64,000 bases of DNA from Heterodontus francisci (GCF_036365525.1 NC_090373.1:48876600-48940599), one strand, 5' to 3'. Counted from the stretch's first letter, positions 25,385 through 37,660 are shown. Program-made: numbers and translations. The notes: generated by a model from the letters alone, not told the origin.

Positions 25385-26326
25385 TTAGTTTAAACCCCCC
25401 CGAAGAGCACTAGCAAATCTCCCCCCCAGGATACTGGTACCCCTCTGGTTCAGGTGAAGACCATCCTGTTTGTAGAGGTCCCACCTACCCCAGAAAGAGC
25501 CCCAATTATCCAGGAAACCAAAACCCTCCCTCCTACACCATCCCTGCAGCCACGTGTTCAACTCCTCTCTCTCCCGATTCCTCGCTTCGCTAGCACGTGG
25601 CACGGGCAACAACCCAGAGATAACAACTCTGTTTGTTCTTGCTCTAAGCTTCCACCCTAGCTCCCTGAATTTCTGCCTTAAATCCCCATCTCTCTTCCTA
25701 CCTATGTTGTTGGTGCCTATGTGGACCACGACTTGGGGCTGCTCCCCCTCCCCCTTAAGGATCCCAAAAACACTATCCGAGACATCACGAACCCTGGCAC
25801 CTGGGAGGCAACACACCAACCGTGAGTCTCTCTTGTTCCCACAGAACCTCCTATCTGTTCCCCTAGCTATGGAGTCCCCAATGACTAATGCTCTGCTCCT
25901 CTTCCCCCTTCCCTTTTGAGCAACAGGGACAGACTCTGTGCCAGAGACCTGTACCCCATTGCTTACCCCTGGTAAGTCGTCCCCCGCAACAGTATCCAAA
26001 ACGGTATACCTGTTGTTGAGGGAAACGGCCACAGGGGATCCCTGCACTGCCTGCTGGTTCCCTCTCCTTCCCCTGACGGTAACCCATCTACCTACTTCTT
26101 TTACCTGAGGTGTGACTACCTCCCCATAACTCCTCTCAATAACCCCCTCCGCCTCCCGAATGATCCGAAGTTCATCCAGCTCCAGCTCCAGTTCCCTAAC
26201 GCGGTTCTCGAGGAGCTGGAGTTGGGTGCATTTCCCGCAGATGCAGTCAGCAGGGACACTCTTGGCGACCCTTACCTCCCACATTCTGCAGGAGGAACAT
26301 ACAACTGCCTTAACCTCCATTCCCAC
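25385..26326 (-). CDS. CR1 ORF1p: zinc finger, leucine zipper and SGNH/GDSL esterase (313 aa, uninterrupted)
   Basis: CSSC...CICGKC, heptad LQLLENRVRELELELDEL, and esterase blocks VIGDSI, LPGA, HIGTNN and DGLH. Confidence 0.9.
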   Translation of the reverse strand: MGMEVKAVVCSSCRMWEVRVAKSVPADCICGKCTQLQLLENRVRELELELDELRIIREAEGVIERSYGEVVTPQVKEVGRWVTVRGRRGNQQAVQGSPVAVSLNNRYTVLDTVAGDDLPGVSNGVQVSGTESVPVAQKGRGKRSRALVIGDSIARGTDRRFCGNKRDSRLVCCLPGARVRDVSDSVFGILKGEGEQPQVVVHIGTNNIGRKRDGDLRQKFRELGWKLRARTNRVVISGLLPVPRASEARNREREELNTWLQGWCRREGFGFLDNWGSFWGRWDLYKQDGLHLNQRGTSILGGRFASALRGGLN

Positions 26327-26619
26327 TGTTCTAAATTCCCAACAAATCTACTGAAATCAGCCACCACCCAAATATATAGTTTTTACTTCCCCAGCAGTCC
26401 CCTGGTCCTCCGAAAACAAAAGGGAATTTACTTTTAACTTACACTGAAATTGACCTCCCAGCTGCAAGTTCGCTCCCTCCTGTTAGTAGTGTAATTGTGC
26501 ACCACTATTTGCAACTGAATATGGCAGGACTGCAGAGCTATGATCTGATCCACTGATTGTGGGATCACTTAGCTCTTTCCAAACATGCTCCTTTCACTGT
26601 TTAACATTCATATATTCCT

Positions 26620-27545
26620 GTGTTATAGCTTCACCAGGTTGGCACCTTATTTTTAGGTATGTCTGATGCTGGTCTAAGCATGCTCTCCTACAGTCCTCAT
26701 TGAACTAGGGTTGGTCCCCCGGCTTGATGGTGATGGTAGAGTGGGGGATATGCAGGGTCATGAGGTTACAGATTGTGGTGGAATACAATTATACTGCTGT
26801 TGATGCCCACAGTGCCTCATGGGTGCGCAGTTTTGAGTTGCTGGATCTGTTCTGAATCTATCATTTAGCACAGTGGTAGTGCCACACAACACAATGGCAG
26901 ATCTCCTCAGTGTGAAGACGGGACTTTGTTTCCATAAGGAATGTGCATTGGTCACTGCTACCAATGCTGTCATGGACAGCCACATCTGAGACAAATAGAT
27001 TGGTGAAGACCAGGTCAAGTAGGTTTTTACCTTGTGTTGATCCTCTCACCACCTGCTGCAGGCCCAGTCTGGCAGATATGTCCTTCAGGGCTCAGCCAGC
27101 TCGGTCAGTTGTGCTACTACTCTTGGTGATGATCATTGAAGTCCGCCACCCAGAGTACATTCTGTGACCTTGCCACCCTCACTACTTCTTCCAAACGATG
27201 TTCAGCATGGAGGGCAATCAACAGGAGGTTTTTTTTGGCCGTGTTTGATTTGAGACTTCATGGCATCAGAATCAATGTTGAGGACTCCCAGGGCATCTCC
27301 CTTCTGACCGTATACCACTGTGCCGCCACAGTGGGTCTGTGCTGCCAGTGGGACAGGACATACCCAGGGATGGTGATGGCAAGTATGGGACATTGGCTGT
27401 AAGGTATGATTCTGTGAGAATTACATGTCAGGCCATTGCTTGACTAGTCTGTGGGACAGTTCTCCCAATTTTGGCACAACTCCCCAGATGTTAGTGAGGA
27501 GGACTTTGCAGGGTTGACTGAGCAGGATGTGCCTTTGTCATATCT
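26620..27545 (-). mobile_element. Non-LTR retrotransposon endonuclease-region fragment
   Basis: VRGSTQGKNLLDLVFTN and VHDSIGSSD(H) are AP-endonuclease-like; a degenerate GGTVVY motif is also present. Confidence 0.65.
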
Positions 27546-27569
27546 GAGTACAGAAATCACTACAAGCTA

Positions 27570-28065
27570 GCGGGCTGATGCTAATTGAATGTTGGCCTTT
27601 ATCCCAAGAGGGCTGGAATATGTTACAGTTATATAAAACTCTGGTTAGACTCCAGTTAGAATACTGTGGTCAGTTCAGGGCACTACACATCAGGAAGGAT
27701 ATATTAGCCTTGAATGGGGTGCAGTGCAAATTCACCAGAATGGTACTGGGGTGAAAGGGTTAAATTATGAGTACAGATTGTATAAACTGGGCTTATATTC
27801 CTTTGAGTATAGAAGATTAAGGGGTGATCTAATTGAGGTGTCTAAGATGATGAAATGATTTGATAGGGAAATAGAAGCTGTTTCCTCTGGTGGGGGAGTT
27901 CAGAACAATAGGGCATACCCTCACAATTAGAATTAGATAGTTCAGGGGTGATGTCAGAAAGCACTTGGGTAATGGAAATCTGGAACTCTCTCAAAAAGCT
28001 GTTAAGGTTAGGATCAATTGAAAATGTCAAAACTGTGTTTGACAGAATTTTGCTAGGCAACGGTA
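27570..28065 (+). mobile_element. Decayed CR1 3' fragment
   Basis: Degenerate LYKTLVRLQLEYCGQF and RRLRGDLIEV motifs. Confidence 0.75.
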
Positions 28066-28069
28066 TTGG

Positions 28070-28295
28070 AAAACTTCTCTGCTCTTCTTTGCATAATGCT
28101 ATGGGATCTTATGTTCTGAGAGGGCAGATGGGGTGTCAGTTACTGTATCATCTGAAACACAGCACCTCCAACAATGCAGCACTCCCTAAGTATTGCATTG
28201 AAATCTCAGCCTGAATTATGTGCTCAAGTCTATGGAGAAGGTATTGAATCTATGACGTTCTTACTCAGACGAGCGAGCTAGCAGTCGGGCAAGGC
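28070..28295 (-). mobile_element. Deu-domain SINE fragment (SacSINE1/AmnSINE-like)
   Basis: tcatctgaaacacagcacctccaacaatgcagcactccct...cagcctgaattatgtgctcaagtc matches the reverse complement of the Deu core as I recall it. Confidence 0.6.
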
Positions 28296-28689
28296 AGATA
28301 GAAGGAGCACAAGACTAGGTGTGAGAAGATGCACAGCATATCAAAGATGATCAATGTGATAAAATACACGATCTTCTACCCATCATTTCCAGAGTACTAA
28401 ATACATTGGCACTTTACATATTTTGTCCAGAGAGTTAACTTTTGATGAGGCAGAATTAGGTAGCACCAGGTGTACAGATAAGGATCTGTGGTAGTTGAGG
28501 TAGAGTATAGACTGTATTGGTGGATTAGGCAATTTAGTGAATTGGCTATTCAGTCAATTAATGAAGATCTTGTCTGTGAGTGTCGGCAGCTGCAAAGTTG
28601 TTTCAGTGCGGATATCTTCAGGTTCATTGTCGGTATCTCGCTTGTCTGTTAGCTGTGAAGGTTACATCCTCTTTCATCTGCTCCATGCT

Positions 28690-29330
28690 TATCATCACTG
28701 GATAGCAAAGTTGTGCAATGTACAGCAGACAGCACTGATCTCGAACGCCCTGATAGTGTTATACAATAATTTGCCTCTAATTTGTCCAGGCATTTAAATA
28801 ACTGCTTTAAGATGTTTATTGTATTCCCAGAAATAATTGTGATACATTCATGGGCATCACTGTACCCGCATTTGCCCAGAGTTCCTGATGGTTGAAAGGT
28901 ATCATGTGACAGACAAAAATGGAAGGTAAACACAAGTGACTCCTTTGTCTCCTTGAAACCATCCTTCCAGACTGCCTCCCGCTCCTTCAAATAACCCAGA
29001 GAAGAAGTCATCACTGCAAACATTCACTGACATGCTCCCATGTTGCTGGTCATTGACTCCTGCACATTGATGAAGTGGAGCCCATTGTGGTTCAAGAAAG
29101 TCATGGCATTGTGAATAGTGCCAGAATGGCCAAAAGGCTGCCACACATAAAGCGCTGAGCTTTGGGAAATCCTGCAATGAAGAACAGTGGAAGTATTTCC
29201 TATTTTGTTGCAAGTTTCCTGTGAGGAAAGTGATGAAGCTTTGTCCTGGTGAACAATATATCAATGGCCTGCTTGATGTATTTTGACACTGAAAACTAAT
29301 TGATGTTATATAACTGATGAGGAAGCTTGA
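28690..29330 (-). pseudogene. Decayed Harbinger (HARBI1-like) DDE transposase
   Basis: Frame-shifted motifs KYIKQAIDILF, IAGFPK, FLNHNGLHFINVQ and LEGWFQGDKG correspond to canonical GFP, NRKGFHSINVQ and GWLLGDKGY. Confidence 0.7.
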
Positions 29331-29757
29331 AAGGACTTGAGACACAAGGGTTCAATACTGTTGGCACTTTCATGGCTACTGAAAAAATTCTCTTTTTTTA
29401 AACTTTGTAGGTAAGTCAGATCCCAGTAGATGCCAACAGCTATCTAAATGCATCCTTGGTGAAGTAGAGTTTACAGAAGCAATTGTCCTACAATATACCA
29501 AAGTAAGTATGCCTGGGCGTGTACTCAAGGTGCATGGGTAAAGATGGGTATAGGTAATTTTCTTCTGGTTCAAACAAACTAGCATAGCGCATGTTTTTTG
29601 TTTTCATCTGCCTCCAAAAATTCAAATAGAGGGGAACATTGCATTTTTGGGTATTTACTTTACATATTTTTGGTTTTACTATCACTGGGCACCTGCATAA
29701 GTTGATCTTGCATCTCCATCAACCCAGAATGTGCCTTTATTTGCCCAAGATTTAGAT

Positions 29758-30595
29758 CAGTGTTGTCCAACCTTTTCACATGGGGGTCCACATTTCAATA
29801 TTTGTGTTACATAGACGGCTAGTGAGACAACTTCGGAAAGATAAAAGCATTAAAAATTTATCTTATCATTAATCAAAACAACAACAATATGCATTTTTGG
29901 GAAGAAGCTTTAAAGGAAAAGATTAATTTATTGACTTACTTTCTCATCACTATGTTGGACACTGATTTAATGAGATACCTAGCATTTTTTTGCTTGCACA
30001 AGTAGTCAATGTTTGCCTGCACACTTGTCATAGTGATGTGGATAGATGTCCATCGGTTAAGAGTGATCTCGATCACTTTTTCTCTCTCTATCTGTCTCTC
30101 TCTGTCTCCCTGTGTTCCCCCTCTCTGTGCTGTACTCACTCTCTGTGTCCCCTCTCTCTCTGTCCACCCTCTTTCTCTCTCTCTCTCACTCCCTCTGTCC
30201 CCCTCTCTCTCTGCCCCCTTCTCTCTGACCCCTCTGTCTCTGCCCTCTCTCTCTCTCTGCCGTCTCTCTCTCTCTCTCTGCCCCCCTCTCTCTCTGCCCC
30301 CTATCTCTCTGCTGCTTCTCTCTCTGCCCCCTCTCCCTCTCTGCCCATCTTCTGTCTCTGTCCCCCCCCCCCCCCACCGCCAACTGCTCCCCCCTCTCTG
30401 TTCCCCAAAATTTCTCTCTCTCTCTGATAGTTGCAAGGATTGGGAGCGCTCAGCACAGCAGCTTTGTCATTGGTCAGTTTTTTTAAACATTGCGCTGTCA
30501 GTTTCATAGCTGAGGGCAGGAACATTGGTTTCCCAACTTCGGACAGATTTGGTGTTTTCCAATGGCCTTTTAAAAAAAAAAGTCGGAACTCGCCA
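29758..30595. mobile_element. Second, truncated copy of the hAT element at 20891
   Basis: Starts CAGTGTTGTCCAACC, preceded by ATTTAGAT, and is collinear with 20891-21625 including the CT tract. The right TIR is absent. Confidence 0.8.
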
Positions 30596-30900
30596 GAATA
30601 ATCCAGGGGTTGACAAGGTATAAGACAATAGACAAATTTATTTCAGATTAAACAGGTAAATAAATGTTACGTAATGCCAACAATCTATTTACAGTAATTA
30701 CAACTTCTACTGTTCTCTTCAAAATGTATTTGTAATTAATTACATTTTAATTAATGGAGGACTTTTTCTATTGTAAATTCTTTCAATTGTAAAGTGACTC
30801 AAAATGTAAACATTGTCAACTCAAATGGAACTGTAGCCTTTTGGCACTTGCACTGCCTCATAGCATAGCTGCACTAGAACCAAGTTTCAAAAGGAAAATA

Positions 30901-31689
30901 GGGCTGGATTTTAAGGAGTCCTTGACGTTGGGAACTTGTTGGGGGTGCCTGAAGATGGCCCCGGATGAGGGCTGTCACAGACCTTGACATCGGCAGGGAC
31001 TGGCCTGATCCTCCCGGTAGCAGCAGCGGGGCACCGTGGCGGGCCATACCCGCCTCCGCCGCTTGGCGACGGGAGCATATTCACCAAATACAAATAAATA
31101 GATTTGCATGTACTTACCATTAATCTTGATGTCCTGCTGCAATCTTCGGCCCCACGGCCGACACTCCCATGCATGCAGAACCCTGTCTGGGGAAACGAGG
31201 CGCAATACTGGTGGGGAGCGGTGGGGGGGAGATAAGTTTATCAGTGTGGGAGAGTGGGGGGCGGGGTCAAATTTACCTCATGGGTGTAGGGGATAGTGGG
31301 AAGGGTTGTAGTTTAAAGTTTGTGCAGTTTGGGGGGGAAGATCAGATTGTAAAGGTCGGTGTTTTGTGGGGAAGGACAAATAATTAATTGTTATTGGGGG
31401 GGTGGGAGAAGGACAGAAGAAATGTATTTATTGAATTTCATTCAATTTCTCTTTAAATATTTAAATTAGCTGGTAGGGCTGACAGTCCTTTAAAAATGGC
31501 ATCAGCGTCTCCGCACGGGCAGCTGATGGCATTGCCAAGGATGGACAGCCTGCCCCCTCCACGAGACTGTGTGGCGGGGTGGGGTGGGGGGGGGGGGTTG
31601 GTGGGTGCGAACCACCCCGACTATTTAAATGAATCGCCGCGCTTGCATTTTTTTCGCACGTCACCAAAACTGCACATAAAATTCAGTGC
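30901..31689. mobile_element. PIF/Harbinger-type MITE
   Basis: GGGCTGGATTTT...AAAATTCAGTGC with 3-bp TSD ATA on both sides. Confidence 0.75.
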
Positions 31690-31764
31690 ATAACATCCAA
31701 TTATACCATACATTTCCTCATTAATTTTCTAATCTTTAGAATCATTTTAACATGCTACTAAATA

Positions 31765-32030
31765 ATGACTTGCATTTATGTAGCATGACCTTAGGGCATC
31801 CCAAAGCTGTCTACTGCCAATTAAGTATTTTTTAAATGTACTCACTGTTATAATGTAGGGAGTGCAGCAGCCAATTTGTACACAGCAATATTCCAGAAAC
31901 AGCAATGTGATAATGATCAGATGATCAGTTTCAGTGATGATCATTGAGGGATACATATTAGCCAGGACACCAGAGAGGACTTCCCTGCTCTTCTTCAAAG
32001 TGTTGTCACAAGATCTTTTACATCCACCAC
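31765..32030 (-). mobile_element. SINE fragment (SacSINE1/Deu-like, L2-type tail)
   Basis: gcagccaatttgtacacagca...gccaggacacc...ctgctcttcttc; homologous blocks occur at 36020-36170 and 28075. Confidence 0.6.
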
Positions 32031-32034
32031 GGAG

Positions 32035-32367
32035 TAAAGGCCTGCTCAGGTCTGCAAATGAGACCTGACCCGAGCCCGACAGCACCCCATCTGACCCCGA
32101 GCCGGCCTGACCTTCAGTTAACCTACCTTCCGTTTTTCACTTTGTTCCTTACCTGCACAAGCATAAAATAACTGTAGCAAAACCACCTTTAAAGTCCAAA
32201 AAGTAAATTAACATCAGAGTCACTTACCTGAGGTGGTGATAGAGCGTGTCCGATCCGGCCTGACCCGACATGAGCCCAGATGCCGGACCCGGAAGTGCGA
32301 CCCGACCCAACCCAAACCCGACACGTCATCAGGTCCCGTCGGGTTCGGGTCGGGTAGCAGGCCTTTA
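32035..32367. mobile_element. hAT-type MITE with CCCGA subterminal repeats
   Basis: Perfect 12-bp TIRs TAAAGGCCTGCT / AGCAGGCCTTTA; 8-bp TSD CCACGGAG / CCTTGGAG. Confidence 0.8.
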
Positions 32368-32766
32368 CCTTGGAGTACTTTTGGCCATAGCTCACTTATC
32401 ACTTTGTCACTAGCAAGTTATCGTGCCATGTATTTGCAAAGAACCTTGATAAATCTGGAGCTTCCTGAGGTATTATTGGCCTTACATTGGAAGGGTCAAA
32501 GGCATGTTCCACTGACACTTATGGTGGACTTTGTGCTCAAATAGGGCTGGACCAACATGAGAGCCACCCAGTAAAGTTTGTTGGAGCACAAAAGGGTGAA
32601 CCTGCCTGAGCTTCGGTAACATCTCCTGTAAGGTGGGCTTTAGTCATGGTCCTGATGAATTGAAGCTGTGGACCACAGTGTCCTTTACTTTGTCATCTAT
32701 GTTTCCAATAACAGCAATATGAGGATCTAGGCAAGATATATGATTTGTGCTTATGGTCTTATTATT

Positions 32767-33085
32767 TAGAGTCATACAGCACCAAAACAGGCCCTTCAGC
32801 CCACTTAGTCCATGCCAACCATCAACCATCCATTTATACTAATCCCATATTTCCCTCTCACATCCCCACCTTCCCTCAATTCTCCTACCACCTACCTACA
32901 CTAGGGGCAATTTTTTTTCAATGGCCAATTTACCTATCAACCCACAAGCCTTTGGCACGTGGGAGGAAACTGGAGCAAACCCACGCAGACACAGGGAGAA
33001 CTTGCAAACTCCGCATAGGCAGTACCCAGAACTGAACCTGGATTGCTGGAGCTGTGAGGCTTTGGTGCTAGCCACTGTGCCACCC
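32767..33085 (-). mobile_element. HE1-type (V-SINE) tRNA-derived SINE
   Basis: Minus strand reads GGGTGGCACAGTGGCTAGCAC...CCAGGTTCAG (A/B boxes), followed by the V-domain tgcggagtttgcaagttctccctgtg and a CR1-like tail. Confidence 0.85.
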
Positions 33086-33473
33086 CACATTTGACTGAGA
33101 CTGCTACAGTATATGCTGCAGGAGCAGGCAATTGGTGTATAGTTCAGGGTAGAGGATTGTTCGTTCATTATCTTAACCATTTCCTTTAGGTCATTAATAT
33201 CTAGGATGTAGATTCTTTCAGAAGCAGCCACTAAGTGTTTTCTAATGGATTCAAATGAAGTAAATACACATAGATGTGGTCTGGTATCCTATGCTCAAAC
33301 AGGCCTACATTCACAGACATGGCTGGATTTGGAGCAGCTTGATCTCTGCCCAGCACCGTCAGGACTCACTGAAGCAAGCACCTTCTCACTAATAGTGCTA
33401 TATCTTCATCAAATGAACTCTGCTATTGTTTTCTTACCCATATAGTGACCATCATCCAGACTTGTTAACTCTT

Positions 33474-34990
33474 AGAATCATAGAATGGTTATAGCACAGG
33501 GGGAGGGCATTCAGCCTGTTGTATCCATGCTTGCTCCATGCAAGAGCAACTCAGCTAGTTCCGCTTCTTGGGCTTTTCCCCATCGCCCTGCAAATTCTGT
33601 CTGTTCAGATAATTATCCAATTCCCTCTTGAAAGCCACAATTTACACTGCCTCCACCACACTCTCAGGCATTGCATTCCAGATCCTAACTAGTCACTGCG
33701 TTAAAATGTTTTTCCTCATATTTTCTCTGGTTCTTTTGACAATTACCTTAACTTAGTATCCTCTGGTTATTGATCCTTCCACCAAGGTAACAGTTTCTCC
33801 TGTCCAGACCCCTCTATCAAACTTCCTCTTGAGCTTCTCTTCTCCAAGGATAACAGTCCCAGCTTCTCCAATCTATCCACATAACTGAAGACCCTCATCC
33901 CTGGAACCATTGTCATAAATTTTTTCTCCACCCTCTGTAATGCCTTCACATCCTTCCTAAATTGTAGACAATACTCCAATTGAGGCTAGTTCTGTGTTTT
34001 ATAAAGGGTTCACCATAACTTCCTTGCTTTTGTACTCTATGCACTTATCTGTAAAGCCCAGTATCCAGCATGCCTTAGTAACCACTTTCTCAACCCACTA
34101 TGCCACCTTCAATGATTTGTGCACATATACCCCTAGGTCCCTCTGTTCCTGCACCCCCTTTAGAATTGTATCCATTATTTTGTATTGCCTCTCCGTGTTG
34201 TTCCTACCAAAATGGATCACTTCACACTTCTCTGCATTAAATTTCATCTGCCACATGTCCTCTTGAAGTCTATACCTATCCTGCACACAGTTGACAATAC
34301 TTCCAAGTTTTGTGCTAAATTGCAAATTTTGAAATTGTGTCCTGTACACCTAAATCTAGGACATTAATATAGATCAAGAAAAGCAAGGGTCCTCTCACCA
34401 ACCTCTGGGAAACCCAACTATATGCCATCCTCCAGTCTGAAAAACAGCCGTTCACCACTTAACTCTTTTTCCTGTCGCTCAGCTAACTTTTTAGAATTAG
34501 AATTAGAATATTACAGCGCAGTACAGGCCCTTCGGCCCTCGATGTTGCGCCGATCATCTGACCTACACTATTCCATTTACATCCATATGTCTATCCAATG
34601 ACCACTTAAATGCCCTTAAAGTTGGCGAGTCTACTACTGTTGCAGGCAGGGCGTTCCACGCCCCTACTACTCTCTGCGTAAAGAAACTACCTCTGACATC
34701 TGTCCTATATCTTTCACCCCTCAACTTAAAGCTATGTCCCCTCGTGTTTGCCATCCTCATCCGAGGAAAAAGACTCTCACTATCCACCCTATCTAACCCT
34801 CTGATTATCTTGTATGTCTCTATTAAGTCACCTCTATTAAGTCACATCATGTATCCATGCTGTCAATGTCCCTTTTATTCAATGGGCTTCACTATTGCTA
34901 ACAAACCTGTTACGTGACACATTATCAAACACCTTTGGAAGTTAATGTGCACCACATAAACTGCATTACCCTCATCAATCCTCTCGATTA
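33474..34990 (-). mobile_element. Older CR1 fragment
   Basis: WQMKFNAEKCEVIHFG and RDLGVYVHKSLK; (TTCTATGA)-type tail at 33474. Confidence 0.85.
34493..34845 (-). mobile_element. Young CR1 3' fragment nested in the older CR1
   Basis: Nearly identical to 22436-22775; (TTCTAA)n tail. Confidence 0.9.
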
Positions 34991-35999
34991 CCTTAAAAGA
35001 GCAATTGGGACAATAAAGGTCACATTAACATTGACATTGTTCTACAGTTATGACAGTACATGGTGCATAAATGTCTTTTCTTATTGTCTGAATGCTGTGA
35101 TCCTTGTCACATACATATTATGTTCAGCACATGGCATATACCTTTACAAGGCTACCTTGGGAACTTTCTCCTGGAAGAAGCTTGTTGCCGCTATCCTTCA
35201 TTAGGCACAAATCTAGAATAACACACTATCTTGAAACTTACCCTCACCTGCCACTTCCATTTCTGGCATTATAAAGCAGCTGGGCTTAGAGCAAGCAAAT
35301 TGTTCACTTTTAACAGTGCTAATAAGAGGATGTATGCAGATATAGATGGTTTATCTGCATGGGTTGTTTGAATCACAGGATTGCATTCACCATTCATGCT
35401 GTAAAATGCTAAACATACACAAGTATGTTTCACACCATTTCAAGGCAAGGACATAACTAATAGTGGAGGACATAATTCTTTCCCAAATAATGCTTCTCCT
35501 CATTTTTAGTCAACTGCCTGTATTGGACAGTCTTTCCTTTCTTTTCAGTTATAAATTTATAATAATGACATGGTTGTCATCCATTTATGCATTAATTTCA
35601 CATTAATTTCAGCTGTCACACTATTATTCTCATGACATAAAACCAACAGCTCGCTTACATTTCAAGCAACTGTCATAGATATTGTCAGGATCCATATCTG
35701 TTTGACCATTCATTTGGAGTTTTGCCATACCTTCGTAATTTTGTGCAAGTCATTGAAATCCTTCCTGATATTGTGGGGTGGGGGGGTTTGAGAGCACAGT
35801 AATTACAATTTCCCCAATCTTCTGCCAGCCATGTTGGCATCTGGTCTTCATGTCACTGGCTCTCACTGACCCAGAATTTGACATTCACCATTGAAATACC
35901 TCAAGCACAAGCTTGGTCACTGCCTTTTCAATAAAATAGGCTGTCTTAGTGTATAATAAAGAGCTTGTAGCACTGTTCAAGGCTTCAGAATGTTCCAGG

Positions 36000-36170
36000 G
36001 TGGTATACAGCCAACAAAGCACATTAGAAGTGCAGCCACTATTGTGATGTAAGCAAGTGCAACAGCTGAATTATGCACTGTAACATTCCACAAGCGGTGA
36101 GATAAATGACCAGATCATCTGTGGGCCAGGACATTGGAGGGATTCCCCAGATCTTATACAAGATTTTTAC
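36000..36170 (-). mobile_element. SINE fragment of the same family as 31765-32030
   Basis: gaagtgcagccactattgtgatgta...aatgaccagatcatctg...ggccaggaca. Confidence 0.5.
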
Positions 36171-36199
36171 ATTTGAGGTGAGGTTGTGTTGACGAAGGT

Positions 36200-37660
36200 T
36201 GTGAGGTAGTGACGGTGATGATGATGATCAGGGAGAGGTAGCGATGATGATGATCGGGGAGAGGTAGCAGTGATGATGATCGGGGAGAGGTAGCAGTGAT
36301 GATGATCGGGGAGAGGTAGTGATGATGATGATCGGGGAGAGGTAGCAGTGGTGATCGGGGAGAGGTAGCAGTGATGATGATCGGGGAGAGGTAGCAGTGA
36401 TGATGATCGGGGAGAGGTAGCAGTGGTGATCGGGGAGAGGTAGCAGTGATGATGATTGGGGAGAGGTAGCAGTGGTGATCGGGGAGAGGCAGCAGTGGTG
36501 ATGATGATTGGGGAGAGGTAGCAGTGGTGATCGGGGAGAGGTAGCAGTGATGATCGGGGAGAGGTAGCGATGATGATGATTGGGGAGAGGTAGCAGTGGT
36601 GGTCGGGGAGAGGTAGCGATGATGATGATCGGGGAGAGGTAGCGATGATGATGATTGGGGAGAGGTAGCAGTGGTGATCGGGGAGAGGTAGCGATGATGA
36701 TGATCGGGGAGAGGTAGCGATGATGATGATTGGGGAGAGGTAGCAGTGGTGATCGGGGAGAGGTAGCAATGATGATGATTGGGGAGAGGTAGCGATGATG
36801 ATGATTGGGGAGAGGTAGCAGTGGTGATCGGGGAGAGGTAGCAATGATGATGATCGGGAAGAGGTAGCGATGATGATGATTGGGGAGACGTAGCAGTGAT
36901 GATGATTGGGGAGAGGTAGCGATGATGATGATTGGGGAGACGTAGCAGTGATGATGATTGGGGAGAGGTAGCGATGATGATGATTGGGGAGAGGTAGCAG
37001 TGATGATGATTGGGGAGAGGTAGCAGTGATGATGATTGGGGAGAGGTAGCGATGATGATGATTGGGGAGAGGTAGCAGTGGTGATCGGGGAGAGGTAGCA
37101 GTGGTGATGATTGGGGAGAGGTAGCAGTGGTGATGATGATTGGGGAGAGGTAGCAGTGGTGATCGGGGAGAGGTAGCAGTGGTGATGATGATTGGGGAGA
37201 GGTAGCAGTGGTGATCGGGGAGAGGTAGCAGTGATGATGATTGGGGAGAGGTAGCGATGATGATGATTGGGGAGAGGTAGCAGTGATGATGATTGGGGAG
37301 AGGTAGCGATGATGATGATTGGGGAGAGGTAGCAGTGGTGATCGGGGAGAGGTAGCAGTGGTGATCGGGGAGAGGTAGCGATGATGATGATCGGGGAGAG
37401 GTAGCGATGATGATGATTGGGGAGAGGTAGCGATGATGATGATTGGGGAGAGGTAGCGATGATGATGATTGGGGAGAGGTAGCGATGATGATGATTGGGG
37501 AGAGGTAGCAGTGGTGATCGGGGAGAGGTAGCAATGATGATGATCGGGGAGAGGTAGCAGTGATGATGATCGGGGAGAGGTAGCGATGATGATGATTGGG
37601 GAGAGGTAGCAGTGGTGATTGGGGAGAGGTAGCAGTGACGTTTGGGGAGAGGTAGCAGTA
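36200..37660. repeat. Homogeneous minisatellite, unit GGGGAGAGGTAGC plus 10-16 nt of GAT/GTG triplets (23/26/29 bp, roughly 55-60 units)
   Basis: Directly visible tandem array. Confidence 0.97.

Larger units (their letters stand above)
22430..26480 (-). mobile_element. Near full-length CR1 LINE
   Basis: ORF1, APE endonuclease (CVYFNARSIRNK, VVAISETW, MGDFNFP, DSDH), RT (SKFAD) and 3' UTR are in the expected order. Confidence 0.95.

Noticed and set aside
28649-29345. Envelope-glycoprotein-like peptide DDFFSGLFEGAGGSLEGWFQG
   Set aside because: It is better explained as a frameshifted Harbinger transposase (GWxxGDKG preceded by GFP and HxINVQ motifs).
21162-30525. ORFs rich in ER/RE or LS/SL at 21162-21829 and 29936-30525
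   Set aside because: They are translations of CT/GA simple-sequence tracts inside the hAT elements.
36167-37534. 455-aa His/Ser/Pro-rich ORF on the minus strand
   Set aside because: The repeat unit has no stop codon in any minus-strand frame, so a long ORF is automatic. The peptide just cycles through the three frames of the unit.
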